A DNA stretch of 64,000 nt from Lingula anatina (Eukaryota > Animalia > Brachiopoda): NCBI GenBank assembly GCA_051362555.1, contig CM120642.1:8494001-8558000 (forward strand), written 5' to 3'. A program made the translations under genes and the position numbers. The notes beneath the pieces were generated by a model, which worked only from the letters and a program-made list of their open reading frames with translations, was not told the DNA's origin and made no database searches. Shown piece by piece: positions 11,835 through 23,660 of this stretch; positions within the stretch are counted from its first letter, which is position 1; each line of letters opens with the position of its first letter.

Positions 11835-14800
11835 AAGCAAAAGTGGCAGAAATTGCATCATACTGTTAATAGTTCACGTGACCCCACGTTGGCATCCTGG
11901 ACATTCGTCGCCTCATGGATCGGCATAGTGTCTGAGTTGATCCTGTGGAATCGCGGCCCATTCTTCCACCAGTGCCTCCCTCAGCTGCTGCCGAGTTTCG
12001 GGAGGATGTTCACGACGGCGGACACGCAAACCGAGCAGATCCCAGACATTTTCAATGGAAGTTAAGTCCGGACTGAGGGCTGGCCAAGGCAGGATATGGA
12101 CGTCATTCTCCTCCAAGAGGTTGGTGCACACACGAGCCACATGGGGTCGCACATTGTCGTGCTGGAATAGAGTTCCCGCCCCAACTTGGTCCGGAAAAGG
12201 TAGCACCACAGGCCTCAGGATCTCATCACAATAACAGAGACCATTGAGATTTCCTTCGATGAAAACCAGGTCTGCCTGGTGCTTTGCCGATATGGCTGCC
12301 CAAACCATGACACTGGGACCGCCCCACCGGTTCACTTGGCGCACACAAGGTTCGGCATACCTCTCCTATACACCCGATCTCGGTCATCTGCTCTGAAGCA
12401 CTGGAACCTTTTCTCGTCGCTGAACACGACTTAGGACCACCTCTGCAAAGTCCAACGATGATGTGCAGTGCACCATTCGACCCGAGCTCGGCGATGTTGG
12501 TGGGTGAGTACTGATCCAACATATGGCCGATATGGTCGGATACTGTCAGCGCGGAAGCGATTACAGATGGTTCTGGCCGACACTGGCCTGTGGTGTGTCC
12601 CAATGGTAGCGGGCCGGAACCTGTCACGGAGATGTGCCAACCGGTTGGCGCGGTCTTGTGCAGCGATCGTTACACGGGGGCGACCAGTACGAGGGCAGTC
12701 GTTAGAGGAACCAGTGGCATGGTATCGCTCAGCAAGACGAGTAATGGTGACAGCAAGACAACCCTGTCCAGCTTGGAGCATGTCAATAGCTAGATCTCTC
12801 TCTGCTTGCGACAATCGTGGCATTGTGAAGAAGTGTGTTTTTGGCTTCATTCTGGTGCCCTTTTATAGAGAAGGCTTGAACACAATTAACCAGTGATAAA
12901 ACTCAACTCTGAGTTTCAAACATGAGTTTGTGTGCATAAACCATCCTGAAATGCACGGTTTATTGTCCTTACAATCAGTCAAGCGGAACCAAGAAATCAG
13001 TTAACCTGCCTTCATCCTAACTTAGAGTGAAATCATGATGCTAAGCCATTTTTCTAAATACACTCGTATTTCTTAGGAATTTTCGAAAATTAAAATGTTG
13101 CGTTTCTTTTTTCCTTGAGTGTATATATGATAACACACCCGTCGGTGCTTGTGTAGTATCATCCAACTCTTACCCGTTTCGCAGATCGTTACATGCGTCG
13201 ACACATTCACAAATGAATTAAGTGTGTTTAACCCCGTAATATGCAGATCTCTTATCGGCAAGTACCGTTTATCGTCTATCACAGCTATATCCGCCGTTGC
13301 TTGTCCAGAATGACAGTTGCAGGCAAATCTGAAACAATTTTAGGGGAATCAGATGAGCTATACACACCATCTTTATTTCATTTCTGTGGCATTTAACGTT
13401 TTTGTTATGTACCAGCACTCGTAGATATAAGATATTTCACAGTCAATGCTGCAATGCTGTGAAATATCTTATATTTCACAGTCAATGCTGCAATGCTGTG
13501 AAATATAAGATATTTCACAGCATTGCAGCATTGACTGGCTTCTACGAATTGTAACATTGGATTGACAAGAGGCATGATATATTGTAATCCACAGCGCATC
13601 GAAATTTTGAGAAACATATTGGGGATTTTCTTCGCATTTCTTGCAAAATTGTTAACTAAAATAATTTTACAACTTTAACTAAAACAACTCGTGCATAGAT
13701 GGTACGAGTTCTGACGGAAAATAGAAGAAACTAGTGTCCAGATATGTTTTATCTAAAAAAATTAACTGTTTGAATCTACAACTGGATGGATCAAAATGCA
13801 CACATTGGTTTGCTAAAATATTTTGGATCCATGCCAATTGTAAGACATCCGGGTTACCTGCTATCCACACACGTATTCTGAAAGGTTGCATTACATGCGC
13901 AGTTTGAACTATTGATTGGTGCTCCCCAGCCCGTGATTGGGTAACCCTGGCGCGAGGTCCACCACGTGCTGCCCCCAAACACGGTCGCATTGATGCAGCT
14001 GACTCCAATATGCTGAAAAGAAATAGGATTAAGCTCATAATGCATAAGACCATAGGAGAGTGAAAATATGCAAAGTCATACACTCATAGTTCTGACATTC
14101 GATAGATCAAAATATTGCCGGTGTGGCGTGACGAAAGCGTTCTACAGTATGCCATACGCGTGTTCACTGTTTGAAATTATTTAGTCAGTGCTGGCAAAGA
14201 GATACCGAATGTTTTGTGCCGGTAAGCTTACATTCCAAATGACGGACAAATTTTACGACAGCATTCAGATTCAGACATCGTATTACTGGTTACCAGGTCG
14301 GTTCAACTCTGCGGGGGATTCTCGTTGTGGTGAAATCAGTCATATCAGCTAAATTGTCTGACACGCCTCCTCGAGCAGCTAGGGGGTAATTAAATATATT
14401 TTTGCTTATTAAGCTGATTCTTCTGATTGCACTTTTAAGCGAGAATCCCCGCGGAGTGGGACCGATCCATCTAGTACGATGCGTAAATTTGAATGCGTCA
14501 AAAAAAAAAAAAAAAAAAAAAAGAAAAAAACAATTACACGGTGCATTGTGCTGACTGTCATTCTGTGCCCCAGGGTTACCTGGGCGGCGCTTCTCTTTAT
14601 AGACATAATTGTACAAAGTCTAAAAGAGTGCACCTTTGGTGGCGAATGCAACTTCATGTTGATAAAATTACCCAGAAAGTCACAAAAATATTACGACCTG
14701 CTTCATGTGTTTCATTTAAGTGATATTTACTGTACTACCGGTAACAGCTAAATTCAAGACACCTTACTGCAGTATAATGATATATACGTACACGATTATG

Positions 14801-16332
14801 TAAATAACGTACTAACCTGTTCGCAATTTAATGATGCATCCGTTATGGCGGACAGAAAGTTTAGATTCAGCCTTTTTTCCTTATACGAGTAAGCTAAAGA
14901 CACATTGCTGTTGTTTGAAAACTGATAATCTCTGTCACCGTAAATCGTGAAGTCGTTGTATTCTCCAGTTTCCGCCTTTTCACATCTGGCGTAAATGGGT
15001 GGAACGTTTGGTGATGGATATATCCAAGCTTTCATTCCAGTCGGGAATACATCGTGGCACGTTCTGTAAGCATCTTTGTCAAATACGTCATTCATATCTG
15101 AAATAAAAAAATAAATGCAGGACTGAAACGATAACCCTGCGAATGATCGAATAAACAGGGGTGATCTGAACAAAATTTCGTGATATTTGCAAAACGACAA
15201 CCACGTGCTCCCGTGCTCTGTACACAGCCCGTGGGATAAGTGACGTAAGATACTATATTTTTACGTGAACGTAAAATACGCAAACAAAAAGTGAAATTCA
15301 ATAAGTAAGTCAGCACAATTTTAAATTAAAACAATGCTCGTTTCGCTAAAATAGGCCTTTTGATCTTGTTTAACACATGCTAGACACATTCGGATTAATG
15401 TGCACTATTTCATACACGTTGGTAATTTAGCGTGCATGCAAAACTCGACTTTTAAAAAAATATCCATAAGATAATTGCCTACCAATTTCGCAAACGAATT
15501 GGAATTGCATTGTGCATTTTGTGTCAGTTAACTGCCCCAAATATAATGTCACGCAACTGGTGCTGTTCACCCATATCTTTGGAGATATACCTGAAAATAT
15601 AGTAGGTCAGATGTCAGACTTGATCTCGGTTACCAAAGTCCACTTGGACTGCAATTGCAACGAGAGAAAGAGAGAGAGAGAGAGATGGGGGGGGGGGCAT
15701 TTCTTACTGGCAATATGCGTATGACTGCCGATATATTGGTCCATGAATGAAAGCTCTGCTTGAGTTTCAAAATCTACCAGATTGCCGCCATCATTAGCAC
15801 AGATCCCTCGAGCCATATCCCAAGTAAGTTCAGTCATATATAACTTGTAACAGGAAGACCTGTGTCGAAAGTTGTAACCCACGGGACAAGGTCGATAATT
15901 GTTCACACAGACTGGAACATTGTCGTCTACTAAGTGGGAATCAGGAAAGCACAGGCGCCTGTCATTCGGTCGCTTGCACATAAACCTCCCTTCCTCGTTG
16001 CAATTTAGCGGTTTCCACACCCCGTGTGCTTCCGAATCGTAAAATAATCCGGCACAGTTGTAAGCGACTTCTTCAGAAGCCATGTTCCGATATTTAACGC
16101 TGTTGCCGTCAGTCCAGTGAGATTGTCCGTCAAGGCCGATGTGAAACCATTCATCAGTAGTTGGCGAACTAATGACATAGATAAAGATACACATTAGTGG
16201 ACATGACTTTTTAAAGGATTGGTCAGCATAAGTATTAAATACGCTACACTCTAAAAGTCAAAGTGGCACAGAACTGTTTGACTGTGTGTGTGTGTGTGTG
16301 TGTGTGTGTTTGTGTCTGTGTGTGTTTGTGTC

Positions 16333-16384
<52 letters not shown>

Positions 16385-17545
16385 GGCGGGTCCAGGGGTT
16401 ACAGAACGCCACGCCTGAGGTACCCCTGCTCCCACTTTTCCCTCTAAAAAATAACACGCAACAAAACAAAACAAAACTAAGCAAGTGTTTGCACCCTTAT
16501 TCCCACAGTCATATTGCCCTTGTTGGTATACAGTTTTACATTTGTCGACCGAAGCAAGGTAAACAAGGTAAACTAGTAATACTATATACCTAGGAAAATC
16601 TGGCTTCTGGATATCGTCTCCAGAATAGTTAGGTATCTCGAATACTGGACTGACGGGAGTGACTGGAAAGTACTGACCGACGCGTTTGATCGGATTCTCG
16701 ATGCCTACAATAGACTGGACGAAGGCCTGTTCCTCAGCGTCAAGGATGCTCACCAAATGACCTCCAGATACAACACAGAAGGCCTCAGCGACATCGTGTG
16801 CCAGTTTGGGAGTTTCAAACAACTTGTAACAGAATGGTGGTTGCGCTGGACTCCGGGTCCATCCGTCTGGACAGCCTGTATCTGTCACAGTAAATACAAT
16901 TATACGATTATCAAAAGTTAAATTCTACTTTCACCTGTTGTTATCTAATATTGGGATGGATAAAACGTTTTTGTAACATTTAATCTGTCGCAGCGTCATA
17001 CATAAAAGCACATTCAGGCGTCCTCGCCCATCACTTCTCTCTGATGATTCGTTTATATATCGGAGCTTGCAATACAGTGTACTCAACTAGCACATTCTTA
17101 GTATGCAGTTACGGTTTGCAATTTGCTTGTTATATGCCAGTTGAAGACAGCAAGAAAAGAGGTCCTACCAATAACTGGACGCTGGTACGGTGTCCCTGAG
17201 GCTGGCAAACGTGGCCTCGGTTCCACCAGTGTGGCCGCAGTGATGTGCTTCCCCTCTGACCAGTTCGGTGGCAAACTTGCCAGATACTCATCAATTACTG
17301 AAATGTGGATGTGTATTAGATATATATATCAATACAGAAAATAAAAATTATTTGAAATTGTTGGTATTTCAATGTGGACCCTTTCTGTGCAATGTGTGGG
17401 TAAAATAGTTAATCGCTGATAACTTGAAAGCGCTAAAGTTTTGAACTGGCAGAGAAATAATTTGCTTTACTCGCCGACTTAACTTGACCAAAAAAATAAA
17501 CAAATGAGTCGAAGATGCCTGTCTTAGAACAGCCACAAATCTAAA

Positions 17546-17589
<44 letters not shown>

Positions 17590-20500
17590 AGAAAAAATTT
17601 ACTCCACCTTTACGCACTGATTTTTTGTAACAAAGGTCGACTTTCTTTTCAAATATACATAAAGGTGTGTGAACAAAGTTAATAAAATCACAATTTTATG
17701 GGTAAGGTAATGTGATCAATGTGTTTTGTTTCTAAAACATCTTTAAGGAGGCCCTGCTGAGAATCCCGATACGATACGGGTACTCTTTAGGGGTTACAGG
17801 ATGGCATTTTCTCTAAGGTCCACTTGTCGTGAAAGAGTCAAAGAAAGGGAATGCTTCTCACTTACGTATGCAAGGAGGAAGTGTTTCCAAAAAGTTGCCC
17901 TTATCACAGATTAGTACTTTCTTTTTCGTTCCATCTGGAAATATGTGGCCCCTTTTGCATTCCACTGTGGCGTTGTTGGAGAACGGATCGTAGTACGCGT
18001 AGGCTTGTGTTTGAACGCCATCTATTGGGCAACTATCGACTAGGCACCCTACATGAAATATGCAAAGGAAATGCGACCTTTAATTTAATTCATTTTTACA
18101 TATCTAAAAAAATGAATTTTATAATAGAGGTACATGATAGACAAAAACTTAGAGCAATGATTGCCTTCGACTGCTCAGGTATAGTATAAATCGCTCAGTA
18201 TGTAAAGTTTTATTATCAAGATAATTTTTACTTTTCATCGTAACAGATAATGCCAATTATTTACTATATAAACTTGTTTTCATAACACAAAACATTTTAA
18301 CACCTAGCCTTATGATCAACTTTATGTCACAGGTACCAGTATATAACAATAAACCAAACACCTTGTATCCACAGCAGACTTAAAACTTACACGCCCACCC
18401 CGACACGCACGCCCACAATATTAAGGACGCACGCAGGTATGCGCACACACACCTAACACCACCAGCGCCCTATTTTCCAATCACACTTTGATGGAGCGAG
18501 ACCCAGTTTCTCCCACCTTTTGGTACAGGGTAGCTGCTACTTCTCATACACACAAAATTATGGCCCGTTACCGGCCCGATGCAAGAATAGTTGCCGGCCA
18601 CAAAGTCCTCCGTTCTTCTGTAGGGCTCTACGTATGCCGTCAATGCCGAACAGCCTAACCTGGACGACGTGAACGCGAGGGTAGGTCTCTCCATCAGGGT
18701 TGAATCCGACCAGACGGGGGCACTGCCGTTTTTACTGTAGGCGCCTAACCATACCCGCTTGTTGGATGAAAGTCCTATGGTCGAAGCTTCTCTAAAATCA
18801 ACAATTGTTATCAAATACAGGGGTAGTATATACTAAGAAAAAATACATATATAATAGTTTAACTTAGCTGTCCAAGACAAACTAATTGTCTGTGTTCTAT
18901 ACGTGAAAACGTGTGTAACTTTTTTGTTTTTCATATATGCAATAGGTTTACGAGTCAGGAAAAGCTCTTTCCCCCAAGGATCTTTATATTTTTTTTACTA
19001 AATTCTATGTCGTGGATAGATATTAGAGTACACTTAATTTGTACCAGTAGTGAAGCGTGAAGATGCCAAAAGGCCAGTAACACATACACTGACTTTTCAT
19101 TGAAACTTCACACATAGTAAGAACGACTTATAGATCTTATTGACTTTAATTGTATCCATTGTAGTCACGTTAGTAAACGCACATCAATGACCTGTCCTCT
19201 GAAAGATTGCAGTGAAAGGATGTCGACCTTATTTGAAAATAGAACACGCCACTACAACCGATACGGACAAGCTTGTTCTAAAAGTGAAAACTAATCCATA
19301 TCACCATTACCTGTTCAGTATCGTTCCCAACACGTGGTCATCCGTTGGATTTTTAGGCATGAACAGCCGTCCGCACATCTTGGCACACCGGTACACCGCC
19401 TGGTCCCAGCTTTCGGCCATAGACCGGGACACACACACCTCACCGTAACCTGGCAACACCTCAAAGTTGGGACAGATACCTGAAATATAGACACTGAGCA
19501 AAAGTATAAATGTCCCGTGTGAATTATTTATATTACATATAATGGGCTAGGGAATCTGTAATCTGTATAGCTACGGACAGTACGGACAGTAATCTGTATA
19601 GCTACGGACAGTACGGACAGTAATCTGTATTGCTACGGACAGTACGGACAGTAATTTGTATAGCTACGGACAGTACGGACAATAATCTGTAGCACATTGA
19701 ACAACAAAATTCCCTTTTTAAGATTTAATATATAAAAAAACACATAATGCTGATAATTTTTAAAAAGTATTGCGTGGGGCGTTTACATTTTTTGTTCAGT
19801 GTGTAGTACAGTGTAAACATATACGGGTACTATATAAATAATCATCGCATAATCTGCATCATCATATTTTACTCGAATTTGGAAACAATATCATAAGCTG
19901 GTTTGCAATTGAACTTTTTAAATAAATGAATTGTAAAATCTACCATTATCGTTTTATTTAATTAAGGCACCCTTTCTAAAATAATCCCTGAATTAAAAGC
20001 CATCTATTACCTAGAAGCTTGTTAGAAAATTATTACATCACTTGATGACGAAAAGGTATAATCAAAAGGACAGTGTTTGACGAATAAACTGTCCTGTCGT
20101 CCACGATACATTTGTGCACAGTTGAATAGTTCGCTATGTATTTTCAAATAAATAAATAGGTTTTTATTTGTCAACCGCGGTTAATTTTTTACGTGTCTAG
20201 AAATGAGACTTCTCGTTTAATTCCTTTTTTTTTTAAATTTCATCTACTTAATGAAAGGCAAAATATTGATTTAAATGGATGATCATGCAATTTGTGTCAA
20301 GTTAAAGACTTGTTAAAACTCCTAGAACGTTTCATCTGACCTTTTCTCTGAACATTCTCCGAATTTCCGGCTTTATCAATCACTTTAAATCAGTCCATCC
20401 AGTAAATACGTATAAATACGTATTTTTTTTTTGTATTTTATGTAGAAACATCACAACAGTATGCCATAGTCGTGTTTTTGCTAATTTATCATTCTTTATA

Positions 20501-20914
20501 CAGATGGCTGAATTTGATCAACGAAATGACGTGAGCGTTATCCCTTTCCCAACAGGACAATACAGTACGGAACATTTAATGCAGTTTGTAATGAAAATAC
20601 ACTCTTTTATTTTGCATTTTAATTATTTATTCTGTCGGCTAGCTTTCTTATAATAGATATGTGATACATCTACTGTCCAGATTAAAGTTTTATTTATTCT
20701 GCAATGGATTTCTGATTCAGTAAAAAAAAATGTGACCCACAGCCGACATGGTAATCACAGCTGTGAAATAAAAGGGCTCATGTTCACCGCATGGCAAGTA
20801 TAGAAGGAAAGTACATAACCTAACGTTACCTCCCATCCCCGTGGCGCACGTGGTCGCCAACAGGACACCAAACGCCGCCACTGCAGTTATGATATTGAAT
20901 CCCCTCATATTCAT
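3471..20914 (-). CDS. 26-exon mosaic type-I membrane protein (~1928 aa): SP-CTLD-Sushi-CTLD-CTLD-Caspr-type fibrinogen-like-PPC-like-EB/EGF x3-IgGFc-binding-DNDCDG motifs-ZP-furin-TM
   Basis: Manually spliced exons: 20830-20914, 19311-19479, 18517-18791, 17866-18048, 17169-17297, 16590-16881, 15708-16168, 15483-15590, 14817-15097, 13858-14012, 13174-13328, 10853-11272, 10511-10642, 9833-9964, 9412-9525, 7700-9015, 7229-7316, 6793-6842, 6585-6609, 6116-6321, 5555-5709, 5252-5406, 4896-4983, 4375-4549, 3936-4134, 3471-3709. Phases match at every junction and the total is 5787 nt. All introns are GT-AG except one GC-AG. Confidence 0.85.
4375..6321 (-). CDS. Zona pellucida (ZP-N + ZP-C) module exons of the lectin-ZP gene
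   Basis: EIVCSKSKFGNIMSL...RCGI, HYRVCCVF, VRVGDQVHLQASL, IRVINCTA...EDGCG, and FYAFKFTGYSDVYFQCLVALC (typical ZP-C F.AFKF...VYFQC.V..C motif). Confidence 0.88.
6793..7316 (-). CDS. Two small exons encoding acidic putative metal/Ca-binding motifs (MopE-like 'D..DNDCDG..DE')
   Basis: CHPSITVAGDLIDNDCDGFVDEEVYNHI + DDDNDGEIDEDL, from exons 7229-7316 and 6793-6842. Confidence 0.8.
7700..9015 (-). CDS. Large exon encoding an IgGFc-binding protein (FCGBP) N-terminal-type domain
   Basis: DNMGKSFVLSF, GYLALPVDVLGQEY, IIIIAVENDTRVRI, SDRPIAVISG, LEMMPPMSAWGRMY, VYGYGDNVGHAFPAG. Bounded by ttcag|GG and CAT|gtaagt. Confidence 0.9.
9412..10642 (-). CDS. Three phase 1-1 EB/EGF-like Cys-rich exons
   Basis: CICSGSDINSVCRRGRCECRPGF...C; LGMDCNHDLDCASYVYGSHC...CKCKPGWYERNFEC; CHCLCDGNGNCTNS...CTCEP. 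Confidence 0.8.
10853..11272 (-). CDS. Single exon encoding a pre-peptidase C-terminal (PPC)-like beta-sandwich domain
   Basis: DTVYSFTL...IRISL....DAFMELY...IIVRNDDG....SKIRARL....TYYLTVSAF pattern; 420 nt, phase 1-1. Confidence 0.65.
11623..13121 (-). mobile_element. Full-length Tc1/mariner (DD34E-type) DNA transposon inside an intron of the lectin-ZP gene
   Basis: TIRs CACTCAAGGAAAAAAAATGCAACA and TGTTGCGTTTCTTTTTTCCTTGAGTG, each flanked by TA; about 1.5 kb. Confidence 0.95.
11866..12823 (-). pseudogene. Frameshifted Tc1 transposase
   Basis: MPRLSQAER (HTH), RTGRPRVT, FSDEK, GGPSVMVWAAI, FQHDNVRPH and WPALSPDLTSIENVW are spread over several frames. Confidence 0.92.
13174..15097 (-). CDS. 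Three exons encoding a Caspr/neurexin-IV-type fibrinogen-like domain
   Basis: YRTCHD...YARC...SLNCEQHIGVSC...WWTSRQG...WG...CAC...C...CNC...D...KRYLPIRDL, matching the Cys/Trp pattern of the contactin-associated protein fibrinogen-like region. Confidence 0.8.
13425..13537. repeat. ~39-bp unit in two direct copies plus one inverted copy, with internal palindromic arms
   Basis: atatttcacagtcaatgctgcaatgctgtgaaatat x2, followed by atatttcacagcattgcagcattgactg. Confidence 0.85.
15483..19479 (-). CDS. Exons encoding C-type lectin domains 1-3 and one Sushi/CCP domain
   Basis: SWDQAVYRC...GRL / VWLGA...WSD...C...FVC; CPDGW....FCYKLF...AEAFC...GGHLVSI / FHIGL...WTDG...W..LNC...FMCK; CPVGY...SCYKLY...TWDMARGIC...GGNLV. 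Sushi: C...ATVECKRGHIFPDG...ICDKG...LPPC. Confidence 0.88.
16283..16379. repeat. Compound (TG)n/(GA)n microsatellite
   Basis: Directly visible dinucleotide runs in an intron. Confidence 0.95.
19560..19691. repeat. 31-bp minisatellite x4
   Basis: Unit aatctgtatagctacggacagtacggacagt repeated head-to-tail with no spacers. Confidence 0.95.
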
Positions 20915-22179
20915 ACTCCTACCGGCGGTCTCCGCAGTATTGGTCAGCACCACTGTCTTCCCCAGCGCACGGGTTTCGTCTCACTGAGGGTAAAAGGCAC
21001 GACGGTCTCATTTGACGACCACACAGTGAAGACTGGCATGTGTTGAAGTGACACCTGATCGACAATGACCATGTGACCAATACCAGTACCAAGGAGAGAT
21101 GATAAGATCTCCGTGGTTGACAGCCTTCAGAAATTCTTGGAATTTAGAAGGTCAAGTCCACGTCTTTGTGACCTCCAAAACATATATTTCATGAGCGCCA
21201 GATAAAAAGTTTTACTGTTGCTTAAATTTTCAGAGAGAGAGAGAGAGAAAGAGAGAGAGTTCATGCCGAAAAAAAAATGTTTCTAAAAACAAAGACGAAC
21301 AATCTGTTGATCTTAAATCTAATCTTTATTGTTCTTGTTTGCATTGATTTTGGCACCTTTTATGATTTATCTGCAAGCTAGTGTCAAAAATATCGTATCC
21401 CGTTTTATGGTTTTCTTTTTCAACTTTTCCCCATCATATCACCTCTTGTATCCTATGATCGAATAAAGAAAGTATACAAGTATAAGGATTCCAAGTTTTA
21501 CCATTTATTCCACCTTATCCGAGCCTAGGACACATGAAATTGCGGATCCTTTTCCGGGCTAATAGCCTCCTCTATTCATTATAGGGTTGTCATTATTTTC
21601 AACAAAAGACGTTTTTTTTTTCAGTTGAATAACGTTGTCTACATATTGACAGACAAATACCCTTAGGCAATATTTTCCAGACAAATGTTAAGATTTGCTA
21701 CCAATGATGAGTAACGTAGTCATTATAATTCAACAAAAAGAAGTTTCTTTTTTCAGTTGAGTAACGTAGTCTAAATGTTGCCAGATAAATACCCCAAGGC
21801 GATTTTTCCTGACCGATGTTAAGTTTTATCAAAACAAAAATCTGGTGCAGACATGCTAAGACCCAGACAGTTGACACTACATTGCATACATGATAAAAGC
21901 AGTCATTACTGCCCCAAAATTATGGCCCTAAAGTCGATAATATACACTGAGATAACTATTTTATCATGTGAAGATGATATAATACATTTTTTCGACCTGC
22001 TGTTGCAATACTGTAATAAACTAAAGAATAGTCCCTACATGTACAAGCTTTTTGATAAAGCAATAAGCGCCGTGCCATGCGCAAGCCTGGTCTGTTTTTT
22101 TTTTTTTTCTTGACACAACCGTGAAGAGGAAATAGCTTTAAAAGCCGCTCTACTATCAATCATCAGCAAGTGGTTGGAA

Positions 22180-22216
<37 letters not shown>

Positions 22217-22219
22217 TGC

Positions 22220-22256
<37 letters not shown>

Positions 22257-23660
22257 CAGTGTCAGAGAAAAGCACGCTTTATTTCTAATATGTTCATCTA
22301 TTTGACGATGCGAAAGTTTGTTTAAATAAATAAATACATAACTACTAAATAATAACTAAAATAAGAACCAACCACCCCTAACAGTCTTTTAAAATGGAAA
22401 GAGGGCCTCAATTATTTTGAAAAAAATCCCCCCCCCCCCTCCTCTACACTGCACTACTCTGGGTACACTATATGCGAACATATAATGGATAAGCCTTAGA
22501 AAATAAAAACGAATAAAAGAACAAAGATTCATTTCAAAGTTCGTCCTTAACATTTGAAGAAACAGTCAATTCATATCTGTAAATTTCCTTCAGTCCCTTA
22601 GCGAACCCTTCTTTTTCATCTAGGGCGATGTCCTGGAGCATGCCGTTAATCAGGTCCTCGCGGGGGGCGTACCTGGCCCACCCCATTGCTTCTTCGTAGA
22701 ATTTCACCGTCTCCGCGACGGCGCGTTTCCATGGCGTCGGTTTCCATCGCAACAAATCTAATGCTTTGGAGATATTTATAGCACCTTTTGTCACGGACGG
22801 ATATAAATATTGAGACGAGCCTGCTAGATATGTTAGATTGCCTAATCCCAATTCAATCGATATATCATTCAGTACAATTGGTAGAGTTAATTTTTCTTTA
22901 AATGCTAGATTGAAAACTTGGTCAGTCACACCGCTCTGGTCTTTCATGTTTATTATCTCGACGATGAGGCTTGCGACATCCTCGGAGTACACCATGCTTA
23001 TTGGAATAGCAAGGAGAAAATCAGGAACGGCTACTAGCTTGTTAATGTATTGTCCTGCCAGCCTTATCCACATCTGATACGTCCACCATCTGTGCGTGTT
23101 ATCCCGGGGGCCCATGACGTCAGGGAGGCGGAAAATAATAGACGGGAATCCCCCGTTCTCACGCGCGCTTATCAGCTGTTCCTCGCACTGCAGTTTTTGA
23201 TAACCGTACGAGTCCTTGTGCTCGACGTTTTCAGGTCGAAAGCATTCCATTTCTTTTGTCGGGTTGTTGTGGAACTTTGGGCAGACGTCATAGACCGAGT
23301 CTGTGCTGATGTAGATGTATAATTTGACTTTATCCTGTAATATTTTCAGGGCTTGATCTACGGCGTAAGGGACGTAAGCACTGAAGTCGATCACGGCCTC
23401 GAACTGCTCTACACTTTTCACAAACCCCCCAAATCCCGTACAAAGACCCAAGGGTTCTTCTCTGTTGCACGCAAAATGTCTTACGTACGGCCGTATCGTT
23501 ACAGCGGAATCCCAATACCATGTCCCTCTGTTTACTATTGTGATATCATAAAAATCGCCATATCGTTGTAACAACCTCCCAACTGTGGCTGAGCCCATGA
23601 AGCCATTTCCGCCGAACACCAAGACGTGTTTCTTTGGATTGGAGCTGAAATCTCCCTCGA
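20644..23660. repeat. Partner copy of the segmental duplication (paralogous to 1..2560)
   Basis: Colinear similarity with 1..2560. Also contains an internal ~130-bp tandem duplication (about 21590-21850) shared by both copies. Confidence 0.95.

Noticed and set aside
14290-14751. ORFs around the poly-A run as an extra exon
   Set aside because: Exons 14817-15097 and 13858-14012 join directly (NCEQ|HIGVSC); these ORFs are low-complexity artefacts.
19560-19691. CRISPR-like 31-bp repeats
   Set aside because: Head-to-tail units with no unique spacers, no cas genes, and located in a eukaryotic intron: a minisatellite.
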